Positions 28,716-38,036 of a stretch of 64,000 bases of DNA are shown here, piece after piece. Under the pieces are notes generated by a model. The model was not told the origin of the DNA, ran no database searches, and saw only the letters and a list, made by a program, of their open reading frames with translations. Origin of the DNA: a virus; the IMG/VR virus record IMGVR_UViG_3300020045_020105, positions 29,247 through 93,246 of that record; one strand, written 5' to 3'. Numbering within the stretch: the first letter of the stretch is position 1; each line of letters starts with the position of its first letter. Both the position numbers and the translations under genes were made by a program.

Positions 28716-29216
28716 ATGAAAACACTACTATTTTTATTTACATTATTATCAATTAACTGTTTCTCTCAAGGTTTAATGGGACTTTCTGAAAAAGAGTATA
28801 AAGAAATATTTCGTTTAAACTTAGATTCAACTGTAATTACATTTGATAATAATAAATTCACAAAATTATTTGATGAAGCAGACGAAGCATTCTTAAAAGA
28901 AGCCGAATTAGCATCAATTAAAGCAGCAGAAGAAGCTGATTCTATTTTTGGTATTAAAGAACAACCTTATTTCTATAAGAGTATATGGCTTAGTTGTATT
29001 TCTTCATCTAAAAAACAAAATATATTATTGTCTGAGGATGAAGCACTAAACCTATATTTAGATGGTTATATGGGTGGACAATTATCTTATTATTACAAAA
29101 AAGATTTTAATTATAATCATGCTTTTTCAACTCTAAAGAAGATTAAACGTAACCTTAGAAAAACAAGGTCACGGAATCAAACATTTAAGAAGAAAGAGAA
29201 ATTTAACACTTTTTAA
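28716..29216 (+). CDS. secreted hypothetical protein
   Basis: signal peptide MKTLLFLFTLLSINCFS|Q. Confidence 0.65.
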   Translation: MKTLLFLFTLLSINCFSQGLMGLSEKEYKEIFRLNLDSTVITFDNNKFTKLFDEADEAFLKEAELASIKAAEEADSIFGIKEQPYFYKSIWLSCISSSKKQNILLSEDEALNLYLDGYMGGQLSYYYKKDFNYNHAFSTLKKIKRNLRKTRSRNQTFKKKEKFNTF

Positions 29217-29267
29217 CATCCTTTAACAAATCTTTACATCTTTTAACGGAATTCTTTCGTACATTTG
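29203..29267 (+). promoter_or_regulatory. class I promoter: TTAAC repeats plus TACATTTG
   Basis: TTAAC at 29203, 29213, 29223, (TTTAC 29233), 29243; -7 box at 29260-29267. Confidence 0.8.
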
Positions 29268-29297
29268 TATAGAAATTAAAAATTAAAACAGATTGTT

Positions 29298-29750
29298 ATG
29301 GAGTGTAAAGATTTTAAACTATACCAAGGAGACTTAAAATTAAATATTGGACAAGAATTAATTCCTGTTTTTGTTTTAAACTCTTCTGATCCTTCTTATC
29401 ATGTTAGAGTAAAATTAGAGAACGATGTAATTTTATTTTCAGGAGAAATACCACTTCACGAATTTTTCTTATCACCAATCCCTATTTTTACTACAGGGAA
29501 TGTTTTAGTAGGAATTAATTTATCTCATATTCCCAATGGAATAAAAGAATATAGATTAGTTAGACAGCACGAAGAAAATAATAAAACACTCAAAAATAAC
29601 TTTACAAGAGAAGAAATAGCAGGGATACTAAATACTTTTACTTATTATGTAAAAGATCATTGTATTGCAAATCAACTTGATGAAGAAACTACTGAAATCA
29701 TTTTAGATAATGATTTTAATCAAGAACAGTGGATAAACCAAAATTTATAA
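29298..29750 (+). CDS. hypothetical early protein
   Basis: ORF track. Confidence 0.6.
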   Translation: MECKDFKLYQGDLKLNIGQELIPVFVLNSSDPSYHVRVKLENDVILFSGEIPLHEFFLSPIPIFTTGNVLVGINLSHIPNGIKEYRLVRQHEENNKTLKNNFTREEIAGILNTFTYYVKDHCIANQLDEETTEIILDNDFNQEQWINQNL

Positions 29751-29761
29751 ATATAAAAATT

Positions 29762-30028
29762 ATGCCAAGCGAAAAAGAAAAATCGACGAAAGTAGAAGAA
29801 ATTATTTTTTCTTTAGAGCAACAAGCTCAAGTATCTAACGTCAACTTAATGAAAGTTGAGAGTATTATAAGAAAGTTATTAGGACCTCAACCAGAAGCAC
29901 TTCTTGATGCTGAAAAGAAAGCATTACCTTGCGGATATATTGAAGAGATCAAAGACAAACTTCTCTCAATCTCTACCACAAACAACATGATCACTAATTT
30001 ATTGGTACATATTGAGGAGATTATCTAA
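29762..30028 (+). CDS. hypothetical protein
   Basis: ORF track; ATG at 29762. Confidence 0.6.
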   Translation: MPSEKEKSTKVEEIIFSLEQQAQVSNVNLMKVESIIRKLLGPQPEALLDAEKKALPCGYIEEIKDKLLSISTTNNMITNLLVHIEEII

Positions 30029-31137
30029 TGAAACAATATTTACAATTACTCCAAGACATTAAAGATAAAGGTACTTGGAAAGCACCTGCACGTGAAAATT
30101 TACCTCGTACCTTATCATTATTCGGTACTTATATGGAGTTCGATATGAAAGACGGATTCCCATTACTTACAACTAAAGAAGTATACTTCAAGGGAATTGT
30201 GGTTGAATTACTGTGGTTCCTTAAAGGTGATACCAATATTAAGTATTTGGTAGATAATGGTTGCAATGTGTGGAACAAAGATGCTTACAGGTGGTATTTA
30301 AAAACTTGGAACAATTTTGCAGATGAGTTTTGTATGAGTGCTGAGGACGTAGAAGAACCTTACACATTAGAGGAATTCATTGATAAAATTAAACAAACAG
30401 ACCCAGATAATCTTGACAATACTTCAATTCCAACGGGATATAAACTTGGAGATCTTGGTAAAGTATATGGTCACCAATGGAGAGATCAGAACGGTATTGA
30501 TCAAATTCAAACAGTACTTGATCGTCTTCAATCAGAACCAGAAGGACGTTATGCTATTCTTGATGCTTGGAACCCTGCAGATTTTGACGAAATGGCGCTT
30601 CCGCCTTGCCATTTGCTTTATCAATTCAATTGTAGGGCATTAAATATTAAGGATAGAGTAATTGAATACTTCAATCTCTATCCTGATTTTAGAAGTGGAG
30701 AAGTAATAGAATTCTTGGGTGAATCAAGTGAAGAAGATATATTAAAAATGTTGGATGATACCCAAATTCCAAAATACTACCTTGATCTTCAACTCTATCA
30801 ACGCTCTTGCGATACACTCTTAGGAGTACCTTTCAATATTGCTTCTGGTGCATTACTTCTTCATATTATTGCAAAAATAGTAGGGATGGAGCCAGGGAAA
30901 TTTATTTGGGTTGGTGGAGATACTCACATTTACGAAAATCATCTTGAAGCAGTTGAAGAGCAATTAAGTAGAACCCCAACTCGTTTGCCTAAATTGCATA
31001 TAGTTGACCATAATCATTATAAAGAAGCTATTTTAAACGGCAACTTGGTTTATGATGATTTTAGAATGCTTTGCTATGAACCCCAATCAAAAATTAAAGG
31101 AGAGCTTAATGTAGGTCTCAAAAAAGATATCAAGTAG
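30028..31137 (+). CDS. thyA: thymidylate synthase
   Basis: GFPLLTTK, ELLWFL.GDTN, LGKVYGHQWR, ALPPCH, YQRSCD...GVPFNIAS, GDTHIYENH. Confidence 0.97.
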   Translation: MKQYLQLLQDIKDKGTWKAPARENLPRTLSLFGTYMEFDMKDGFPLLTTKEVYFKGIVVELLWFLKGDTNIKYLVDNGCNVWNKDAYRWYLKTWNNFADEFCMSAEDVEEPYTLEEFIDKIKQTDPDNLDNTSIPTGYKLGDLGKVYGHQWRDQNGIDQIQTVLDRLQSEPEGRYAILDAWNPADFDEMALPPCHLLYQFNCRALNIKDRVIEYFNLYPDFRSGEVIEFLGESSEEDILKMLDDTQIPKYYLDLQLYQRSCDTLLGVPFNIASGALLLHIIAKIVGMEPGKFIWVGGDTHIYENHLEAVEEQLSRTPTRLPKLHIVDHNHYKEAILNGNLVYDDFRMLCYEPQSKIKGELNVGLKKDIK

Positions 31138-31190
31138 TTTTTCGTGATTGATTGGACTGCTTGATTGGTTGTTTTTATAATTCAAAGTCG

Positions 31191-31222
31191 AAAAATCAGC
31201 GAGCTTATGACTCGCTGATTTT
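31191..31222 (+). terminator. intrinsic terminator
   Basis: AAAATCAGCGAG-CTTATGA-CTCGCTGATTTT. Confidence 0.8.
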
Positions 31223-31240
31223 AGAAAATTCAAGGCTTCT

Positions 31241-31271
31241 TTTGGGAATTTGGAAATTTTATTTATATTTA
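31241..31271 (+). promoter_or_regulatory. class II promoter
   Basis: TTTGGGAATTTGGAAATTTTATTTATATTTA. Confidence 0.65.
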
Positions 31272-31309
31272 CTTTTTATTATTACTAGTTTAAATCAAAT
31301 TTAAAAACA

Positions 31310-31714
31310 ATGAGAAAAATTATTGCTTTTATGTCGTTAATCTTCGGATTATTGCTTGTTTTGCCCCCACCCCTCTATAGTACTCCTATAGTGAATAAAG
31401 TACATGTAGCGAGTGAATTGCCTTCGTCGTTTGTAGTAAATGTTGTTGCACCAGTGAATCTGGAGATTGGAGGTGTTGAGTTAACTCAATACAGTAATAC
31501 CAATACAATTTGTTTGAATAATATTCAAACAAAAGAAATTAAAGTACCAATAATCTCAATAAAACCGGTTAAAAACTCGAATTATGATACGCGATTAGCT
31601 CGAGAGAATTACCATAAGATAACTAATGGTGCACATAAATTTCAAGCAACTAATAAGCATCTTCCAACGAATAAAATTAGAGAAGTAACTATTGAACCTT
31701 CAACCCTTTCATAA
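31310..31714 (+). CDS. secreted or membrane-anchored hypothetical protein
   Basis: MRKIIAFMSLIFGLLLVLPPP signal-like N-terminus. Confidence 0.6.
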   Translation: MRKIIAFMSLIFGLLLVLPPPLYSTPIVNKVHVASELPSSFVVNVVAPVNLEIGGVELTQYSNTNTICLNNIQTKEIKVPIISIKPVKNSNYDTRLARENYHKITNGAHKFQATNKHLPTNKIREVTIEPSTLS

Positions 31715-31731
31715 TTTACCGGCCAATATTT

Positions 31732-31760
31732 AAAACGAGCACTCAAAAGGTGCTCGTTTT
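31732..31760 (+). terminator. intrinsic terminator
   Basis: AAAACGAGCAC-TCAAAAG-GTGCTCGTTTT. Confidence 0.85.
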
Positions 31761-31805
31761 TATTTTATAAAGCTCTAAATTCTTCTATGAGATTTTCGAA
31801 TTTCC

Positions 31806-31836
31806 TTTGAGAATTTAGAGATTCTTTCTATATTTG
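31806..31836 (+). promoter_or_regulatory. class II promoter
   Basis: TTTGAGAATTTAGAGATTCTTTCTATATTTG. Confidence 0.8.
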
Positions 31837-31876
31837 AGTCTTAAGGAATGTAAGAAACAATTTAAAACATATTCCC

Positions 31877-32707
31877 ATGAAATTTGAAAAAAGAATTAAA
31901 AGCAAAGACAAAGAAAACAATCTTAACTCATTGATTTCTCCTGCAGCAACAGACGATATTTCTCGCGGTTACGGAATCGGTAGTGAATGGATCAACACAG
32001 TAACCAAAAAATATTTCGTTTGTATTGACGCTACAAAAGGCGCAGCAGTATGGATTGGAAACGAAGAAGGTATTTGTGGTGAGCTGAAACTTACAGCAAA
32101 TCAAACAACTACAGCAATCGAAGTAGCAAGTGTTAAACAAGCACTTCATTTACTTGTAACTGGATTGAAAAATGGATTCAGTGTTACAAACGGAATCACA
32201 GGTGCCGGTGATATTACAACCAATGTACCAGTAGTTGCAGGAACTGTTAAATTAACAGATGCAGCTCATGGTTTAGTAACAGGTGATATTGTTACGATTA
32301 CCAAATCAACCAATTACAATGGTATTTTTACAGTTACAAGAGTAAGTGCAGATATATTTACAATTGTTGCCGCTTATGTAGCTGATGCTGTAGGTGCTGT
32401 TTGGACTCGTGGTACAAAAATCAAATGTGATTATATTGTTGCTGCAAAATACCAATTGAATCTTCGTATCGATGCTCTTGTAGAAACTATCAATACAGTA
32501 TTCAACTTCAACGTTATTAAAAACGTAACTCCAGAAGCATCTCTGATTCTTGAACACAAATATTTGGATTTAAGTCAACAGAACGTTTCAACTTGTGGAA
32601 TCGTTTCACTTAATCCTGGCGATATTATTTGGGTAACTACAGAAAATACAAGTGGTGCCGGTGATATTACCATTAAGAATTTGAATTTAACATTGACTCA
32701 GATTTAG
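31877..32707 (+). CDS. virion fibre/decoration-like protein
   Basis: DD...GY.IGSEWIN......FVCIDAT.GAAVW fibre motif, AHGLVTGDIVTI...YNG.FTV beta domain, C1q/TNF-like tail (LNPGDIIWV). Confidence 0.6.
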   Translation: MKFEKRIKSKDKENNLNSLISPAATDDISRGYGIGSEWINTVTKKYFVCIDATKGAAVWIGNEEGICGELKLTANQTTTAIEVASVKQALHLLVTGLKNGFSVTNGITGAGDITTNVPVVAGTVKLTDAAHGLVTGDIVTITKSTNYNGIFTVTRVSADIFTIVAAYVADAVGAVWTRGTKIKCDYIVAAKYQLNLRIDALVETINTVFNFNVIKNVTPEASLILEHKYLDLSQQNVSTCGIVSLNPGDIIWVTTENTSGAGDITIKNLNLTLTQI

Positions 32708-32725
32708 GAACTTTCTCATTAAAAT

Positions 32726-32754
32726 AACCTCCATCATTCGAAGTGATGGAGGTT
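32726..32754 (+). terminator. hairpin, probable terminator
   Basis: AACCTCCATCATT-CGA-AGTGATGGAGGTT. Confidence 0.7.
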
Positions 32755-32768
32755 TAAACTTTTAAATC

Positions 32769-33263
32769 ATGGCAAAAATAATCAAAGAAAATATCATAAA
32801 ACTGCTTAACGAGCGCATTTATCGTGAAGAAATGTCTTCACGTATTTATAAAGCTATGGCAGTATGGCTCGAATTCAATGGTTTCGTAGGTGCTGCAAAA
32901 TTATGGAACACTTATTCACAAGAAGAATTAAAACACGCAGAATGGGCTTATTCTTATCTTCTTGATTTAGATATTATGCCAGAAGTACCTGAACTCAACC
33001 AACCAGATCAAATTATATTCAAGGGCTTACCTCAAATCATCAATTTAAGCTATAAACACGAAATTGAAATCACAAATCAATGTCAAACACTTGCTAAAGC
33101 TGCTTTTGAAGCTTCCGACTTTATGACACTTGAATTGGCTCACAGATATTTAAAAGAACAAGTAGAAGAGCTTGCCAAAACAAATAATTGGCTTAATCAG
33201 CTCAATTCATTCGGTGATTCAAAAGAATCTCTTCGTTTACTCGATTCAATTATGGGAGCATAA
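32769..33263 (+). CDS. non-haem ferritin
   Basis: LLNERI..E..SS..Y.AMA.W....GF.G.A, EE.KHA, HE..IT, EQVEE ferroxidase ligands. Confidence 0.9.
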   Translation: MAKIIKENIIKLLNERIYREEMSSRIYKAMAVWLEFNGFVGAAKLWNTYSQEELKHAEWAYSYLLDLDIMPEVPELNQPDQIIFKGLPQIINLSYKHEIEITNQCQTLAKAAFEASDFMTLELAHRYLKEQVEELAKTNNWLNQLNSFGDSKESLRLLDSIMGA

Positions 33264-33266
33264 GAT

Positions 33267-33554
33267 ATGTGGAACGAATTAAAGCCATTAGTTATTGGAT
33301 TACTACTATTTATTGTCTTAGTTTCTTCAACTTTATTCTCAATATCTTGTTCAAATAAGAGGATAGAGAGATCAAGAAAGCAACAAGTACCTCAAATTAC
33401 ATTTGATCAAATCTACAAATTAGAAATATTAGATGGGCACGAAGTACTAATGACATTTAAAAAAGACAGTATCCACATTTATTACGAAAATGCTTATAAG
33501 TTAAGTGGAGAAGTAGAAAAAGGAGTTTATATTTATAGTAACTTTAAAAAATAA
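33267..33554 (+). CDS. putative lipoprotein or membrane protein
   Basis: hydrophobic N-terminus ending FSIS-C. Confidence 0.6.
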   Translation: MWNELKPLVIGLLLFIVLVSSTLFSISCSNKRIERSRKQQVPQITFDQIYKLEILDGHEVLMTFKKDSIHIYYENAYKLSGEVEKGVYIYSNFKK

Positions 33555-33558
33555 CAAT

Positions 33559-34320
33559 ATGATCTTAGGTAAATTAAATTTCGGTAGAATGAGAGCTGCT
33601 TTAATGAATGCTTTCGATTCAAATAAAGAAGAGCTTAAAAAAGCAGAAGAAGGTTCTGGAGAACATTGGATTACAGTACGAGGAAGACATATTCTTCTCG
33701 ATTCTGCCGGTGAAGTAAAAGCTGGAGGTAAAGGAATGGCAGGAGGTAAGGATTTGGAGAGTATTGGGAAAACTAACTCTGGTAAAAATATTTCCAATCA
33801 AAGTGCTAAAAAATATCAAGATTTTACTAAGGAAGATCATTATGATGCTATGAGGGCTCATGCAGAAAAAGCTACTATAGGAAGCGGAAAAAAAGCTGAT
33901 TCTCATTCTAAATATTCTGAATCTCATAGAAAGAATCTATCTCTAGAAGAAAGCACAGCAATCGCTAAATGGGTTAAAAACAAAGAGAAAGAAAAATCAG
34001 GCCCATCCGACAAAGATTTAGCAGCAACAGAATTTGAAAATACTTATTCTAAAAAGCAAGCTAAAATTTATGCTGAGGGTGGGGAGCCGAAGACTAAAGA
34101 GGAAGAAGGTAAAAATGGAAGAATCATTCAACATTATAAAGATTTAATAGGGAAAGAGGATGTCAAAATCACTATTAAAAACAGTAATGATGGAGACCCA
34201 ATTGTTTTTGTTAATGGGCAAACAGCTTTTAATAGGAATGATAAGGGAATGAATGACACAGAAAATAAAAAACGAGCTCTCTTAAGAGCTTATAAAGCTA
34301 GTAAAGAAACAAATAAGTAA
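33559..34320 (+). CDS. putative internal head protein
   Basis: ELKKA followed by HWITVRGRHILL; IGKTNSGK..FTKEDH.DA..AH motifs familiar from large-phage head-region proteins. Confidence 0.5.
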   Translation: MILGKLNFGRMRAALMNAFDSNKEELKKAEEGSGEHWITVRGRHILLDSAGEVKAGGKGMAGGKDLESIGKTNSGKNISNQSAKKYQDFTKEDHYDAMRAHAEKATIGSGKKADSHSKYSESHRKNLSLEESTAIAKWVKNKEKEKSGPSDKDLAATEFENTYSKKQAKIYAEGGEPKTKEEEGKNGRIIQHYKDLIGKEDVKITIKNSNDGDPIVFVNGQTAFNRNDKGMNDTENKKRALLRAYKASKETNK

Positions 34321-34325
34321 TTATA

Positions 34326-34511
34326 ATGGAAAATCCATTCTTACCTTTAAATAAAGCAAATAAGACAGATAATAAAGTTCAAAAAGTAATGGAAGAATTT
34401 GCTGCCGGTAAATTACATGATGCTGGAGGTAAAGTAGTAACAAAACATGATCAAGCAATAGCAATAGCAATATCTGAAGCAGGTAAACCAAAACAACCGA
34501 AAAATATTTAA
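34326..34511 (+). CDS. DUF6496-like small protein
   Basis: KVQKVMEEF.AGKLH..GGKVV....QAIAIAISEA. Confidence 0.75.
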   Translation: MENPFLPLNKANKTDNKVQKVMEEFAAGKLHDAGGKVVTKHDQAIAIAISEAGKPKQPKNI

Positions 34512-34522
34512 AAATAAATACA

Positions 34523-35800
34523 ATGGAAAAATTAGAATTTACATCAATCAGAAGAGGAAACTCAATCCTACAGGGATTTGGAGTAACTACTCCAAATCAA
34601 GAACTTGTAAAAGGTAAGAAATCAGACGATAAAGAAGACGACTTCAAAGAAGACGAAACTAAGGACGAAGAATCAGAAGACGATGCTTCAAGCGAAGAAG
34701 AAACTGATAATGAAGACGAAAACGAAGAATCTGAGGACGAAACTAACGAAGACGAATCAGAAGACGAAGACGACAATTCTCCAACCGATGAAGAGTTAGA
34801 ATTACTTCAAATCATTGCCAAACATCTTGCCGGTGGTGATGAAGAAATCACAGAAAAAGAACTCAAAGAAGGTGATCCACCACATGATGGAGCAACTGCC
34901 GAACTTATCGCTTCACTCGAAAAGAAAGGTTTAATTACTTGTGAAAACGGTGATGTAACTGAAATTACAGAAGAAGGTCAGGGATTTATTTCTAACGAAG
35001 ACGACAATGACGAAACTAATGGTAATGAATCAGATAAGAATGAAGAAACTGATGAAGAGACTTCTACCGAAAATTCTAGCGACCATGACGAAGAATCAGG
35101 AGATGCTCCTGAAATGAATGATGAAGAGGAAAATAACGAAGCTCCAGACGATGAAAATAATTCTGGTGAAGATAATTCAGATAAAACTGAGGACGGTAAT
35201 CCAGTAATGGACGAACAAGAACTTCGTGCTCATGCAAAGAATACCTCAACTGAGGATTTAAAACAATTCTTAGGTTCATCTAAGGATGAATTGCAGACCA
35301 AAATTGCTACAGAAGAACTTGCAACAAGAGAAGCTGGGGGAGGCCAGAACAACGCTCAACCGGTTCCAGGTTCTCCAGAATCTCAAGCAACTCCACCTGT
35401 GCCAGGTGAAGAAGGTAAAGTAGATCCTCTTGATTTTAAAAATCCTGTAGCAGGTGAGGAAAACAAGAAAAAATTCGATGAGTGGGTTCAGAATTATTTA
35501 GAAGATCATGACAGAGAAGATTTCGAAGCCATGATTACCAAATTGATTCTCAACGACCCAAAAGAAACAAAAGTACTCAAACAACATTACAGAGAAGATT
35601 TTTCTGCCAGTTCAAGAGTTGGAAATAAAGTTGAAAGAGTAGATAATAAAGAATTTCAAAAATGGCTGGGTGATTATTTAGCTCACCAACCTTACGACCA
35701 TTTGAAACTTTATGCTATTCGTTTGCTTAAAGCTGACCCAGGAGCAATGAATGATATTAAAAATAAATACAAATCGAAATTAAGTTTGGACGACGAATAG
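34523..35800 (+). CDS. highly acidic low-complexity protein (putative head or scaffold-associated)
   Basis: long D/E/N tracts; immediately upstream of the portal. Confidence 0.7.
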   Translation: MEKLEFTSIRRGNSILQGFGVTTPNQELVKGKKSDDKEDDFKEDETKDEESEDDASSEEETDNEDENEESEDETNEDESEDEDDNSPTDEELELLQIIAKHLAGGDEEITEKELKEGDPPHDGATAELIASLEKKGLITCENGDVTEITEEGQGFISNEDDNDETNGNESDKNEETDEETSTENSSDHDEESGDAPEMNDEEENNEAPDDENNSGEDNSDKTEDGNPVMDEQELRAHAKNTSTEDLKQFLGSSKDELQTKIATEELATREAGGGQNNAQPVPGSPESQATPPVPGEEGKVDPLDFKNPVAGEENKKKFDEWVQNYLEDHDREDFEAMITKLILNDPKETKVLKQHYREDFSASSRVGNKVERVDNKEFQKWLGDYLAHQPYDHLKLYAIRLLKADPGAMNDIKNKYKSKLSLDDE

Positions 35801-35850
35801 TTTTTGTTTACATGGTTAGTTAGTTTAGGTTAGTTAGTTTTTTGGTTTTG

Positions 35851-35884
35851 AGAGCTCCCTCCGACGGAATGTGAGGGAGCTTTT
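35851..35884 (+). terminator. hairpin, probable terminator
   Basis: AGAGCTCCCTC...GAGGGAGCTTTT, preceded by GTTA repeats. Confidence 0.65.
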
Positions 35885-35903
35885 AAATAATTTGAGATTT
35901 ATT

Positions 35904-37628
35904 ATGACAAGAAGAAAAGATATACAGCAGAAAAAATTGATTAGTTACAAGGATGAAATGAAAACCATGAAACTAAGCGATATTTCTACTCACATAGAAG
36001 AACTTAACATTAAGAAAATGCTCTTAATGGATGAAGCCCTTCAATCTGGAGATCCTGCCAGAATAATCAAAGCAAGAAACTTGTGGAGTGAAGAACAACA
36101 GAAATTCCAATCACAAGGAAAATCCTATATATTTGACCCCTTCCAGTTAAACGACTCACTTGGATATAGAGGTACAGCTTCTCAGCTTACATTTGATACA
36201 TTACGTCAAATGTGCTCTACTCCAATTATTAGAGCAGTAGTTAGTACAAGAGTTGAACAAGTAGCAGGATTTACAACTGCTCAAGAAACAAGCTCACAAA
36301 AAGCAGGATGGTCTATTCGTCGTAAACGCAAAGTATTTGCTTCTGCAAAAGATGGAAATAAAGAAGAAACAACAGACGAAGACAAACGAATTATAGAGCA
36401 GCTTATTACTTTCATTATGGAAGGTGGTACAAGTGCTCAAGAATGGGATGCAGACGATTTTGAGGGGTTCATGCGTAAAATCACCAAAGATTCGCTTGAA
36501 CTTGACCAATCAACTTTTGAAATAGTTGATAATTACAAAGGTATTCCAACCGAGTTTTTTGCTACAGATGGAGCAACTTATCGTTTATCTCGTATTCACA
36601 AAGAAAATGATTTAGATTCACCACTTCCAATCAAAGGATACTATCCAAAATATGTTCAATTATATCAAGGACTTGTAAGAAGCGAGTTTTATCCTTGGGA
36701 GTTAAATTTTGGAATAAGAAATCAATCAACAGATATCCGTAGAAACGGTTACGGTTCAGCAGAAGCAGAAGAATTAATTCGTATTATAACTTGGTTGTTA
36801 AATACAGATACTTATAACGGTAACTTTTTCAGTGTAGGTTCTTCTCCAAAAGGCTTACTTAAAGTAAAAGCAGGAGTAAACGGAGATAAGTTAGACGAAT
36901 TTAGACAATCTTGGATTCAGCAGGTAGCAGGAGTTAAGAACTCTTGGAAAACACCTGTATTAAATGCAGACGAAGTTGATTGGATTGATTTACAGAAGTC
37001 TAACAATGATATGGAATTCACAGCATTCCAAGAATATCTTATCAAGGTAGCTTGTGCTATTTTTAAAATTGATCCAAGTGAAATCGGTTTCTATTTGAGT
37101 GGAAATACAGGACAAGCTCCAACTTACGAAGGAAACAACGAATATAAACTTGATTTCTCTCGTGATAAAGGTTTAAAACCATTAATGAGAGCTCAACAAA
37201 AATGGATAAATAAACATATCGTTAATCGTATCAACGACCAATTCGAGTTCTATTGGACAGGATTAGAAAATGAAGACGAAAACGGAATGCTTGATATGGA
37301 TATCAAGAAATTAGCCAACGGTGGTATGTCTATGGAAGATTTCTTCTATAAATACTCAGGCAGAAAATTCGACCCAAAATATGATACAATTCTTAATGCT
37401 ATTTATGTTTCTATCAAACAAATGCAAATGGCTGGAAACCCCCAAAGTAATGATGCGATTGATCAAGTTACAGAGGACGACTCAGACAATCCATTTAAAA
37501 TGCAAAATCAAGTAGATAAAGATAATAACCCATTCAATAATTTAATTAAACAAGGTGTAAGTGAAGATAATCCATTTGCAAAAGAATTAGCTTTACATAC
37601 TCAAAATTCATTCTTAAATAAAAACTAA
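35904..37628 (+). CDS. portal protein (SPO1/Twort-like)
   Basis: TRVEQVA.F, F..FMRKI..DSL.LDQ, GYG....E, YN.NFFS.G..PKG.L, N.WKTPV, DMEF....EYLI..ACA.F.IDP.EIGF, S.DKGL.PL. Confidence 0.93.
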   Translation: MTRRKDIQQKKLISYKDEMKTMKLSDISTHIEELNIKKMLLMDEALQSGDPARIIKARNLWSEEQQKFQSQGKSYIFDPFQLNDSLGYRGTASQLTFDTLRQMCSTPIIRAVVSTRVEQVAGFTTAQETSSQKAGWSIRRKRKVFASAKDGNKEETTDEDKRIIEQLITFIMEGGTSAQEWDADDFEGFMRKITKDSLELDQSTFEIVDNYKGIPTEFFATDGATYRLSRIHKENDLDSPLPIKGYYPKYVQLYQGLVRSEFYPWELNFGIRNQSTDIRRNGYGSAEAEELIRIITWLLNTDTYNGNFFSVGSSPKGLLKVKAGVNGDKLDEFRQSWIQQVAGVKNSWKTPVLNADEVDWIDLQKSNNDMEFTAFQEYLIKVACAIFKIDPSEIGFYLSGNTGQAPTYEGNNEYKLDFSRDKGLKPLMRAQQKWINKHIVNRINDQFEFYWTGLENEDENGMLDMDIKKLANGGMSMEDFFYKYSGRKFDPKYDTILNAIYVSIKQMQMAGNPQSNDAIDQVTEDDSDNPFKMQNQVDKDNNPFNNLIKQGVSEDNPFAKELALHTQNSFLNKN

Positions 37629-37792
37629 TGCCATTTATTCCAGTAAAAGTCAATTATTTAGATAGGACAAGATATCCTAAACTTGTTGATCCAATCGAGC
37701 AACAATTTAAGGAAAATCATAATCATGTAACTAAAGAAATGCTTAAGGCTTTAGCAGAAAAAATGGTTTCATTTACAAAACCTTTAGACTAA
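37628..37792 (+). CDS. small hypothetical protein (54 aa, not in ORF track)
   Basis: TAATG overlap with the portal stop; MPFIPVKVNYLDRTRYPKLVDP... Confidence 0.6.
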   Translation: MPFIPVKVNYLDRTRYPKLVDPIEQQFKENHNHVTKEMLKALAEKMVSFTKPLD

Positions 37793-37799
37793 ACCTATT

Positions 37800-38036
37800 A
37801 TGCAAGATGGCGGGATTTTAAGTTCGAAATTATCTGAAAAGATAAAAATAGCGTTAAACTTATCTCCCACAGAGGAGGTAGAATATTTAATTTATCTTAT
37901 TACAAAACTCAATAAGTGTAGATTAAATAGAGTACTTAATGAAGTAAGCTCTGAATATATAGTAAAACATTATGCAGATTTTCAAGAATATCAAATAGAA
38001 CAGAAAGAAGAAGATTATGGATTTGTTAGTCAATAG
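37800..38036 (+). CDS. hypothetical protein
   Basis: ORF track. Confidence 0.55.
   Translation: MQDGGILSSKLSEKIKIALNLSPTEEVEYLIYLITKLNKCRLNRVLNEVSSEYIVKHYADFQEYQIEQKEEDYGFVSQ

Noticed and set aside
35801-35850. GTTA microrepeats (and GATTG repeats near 31146-31170) as a minus-strand gene start
   Set aside because: the minus strand gives only ATG-TAA; more likely low-complexity 3' UTR before terminators
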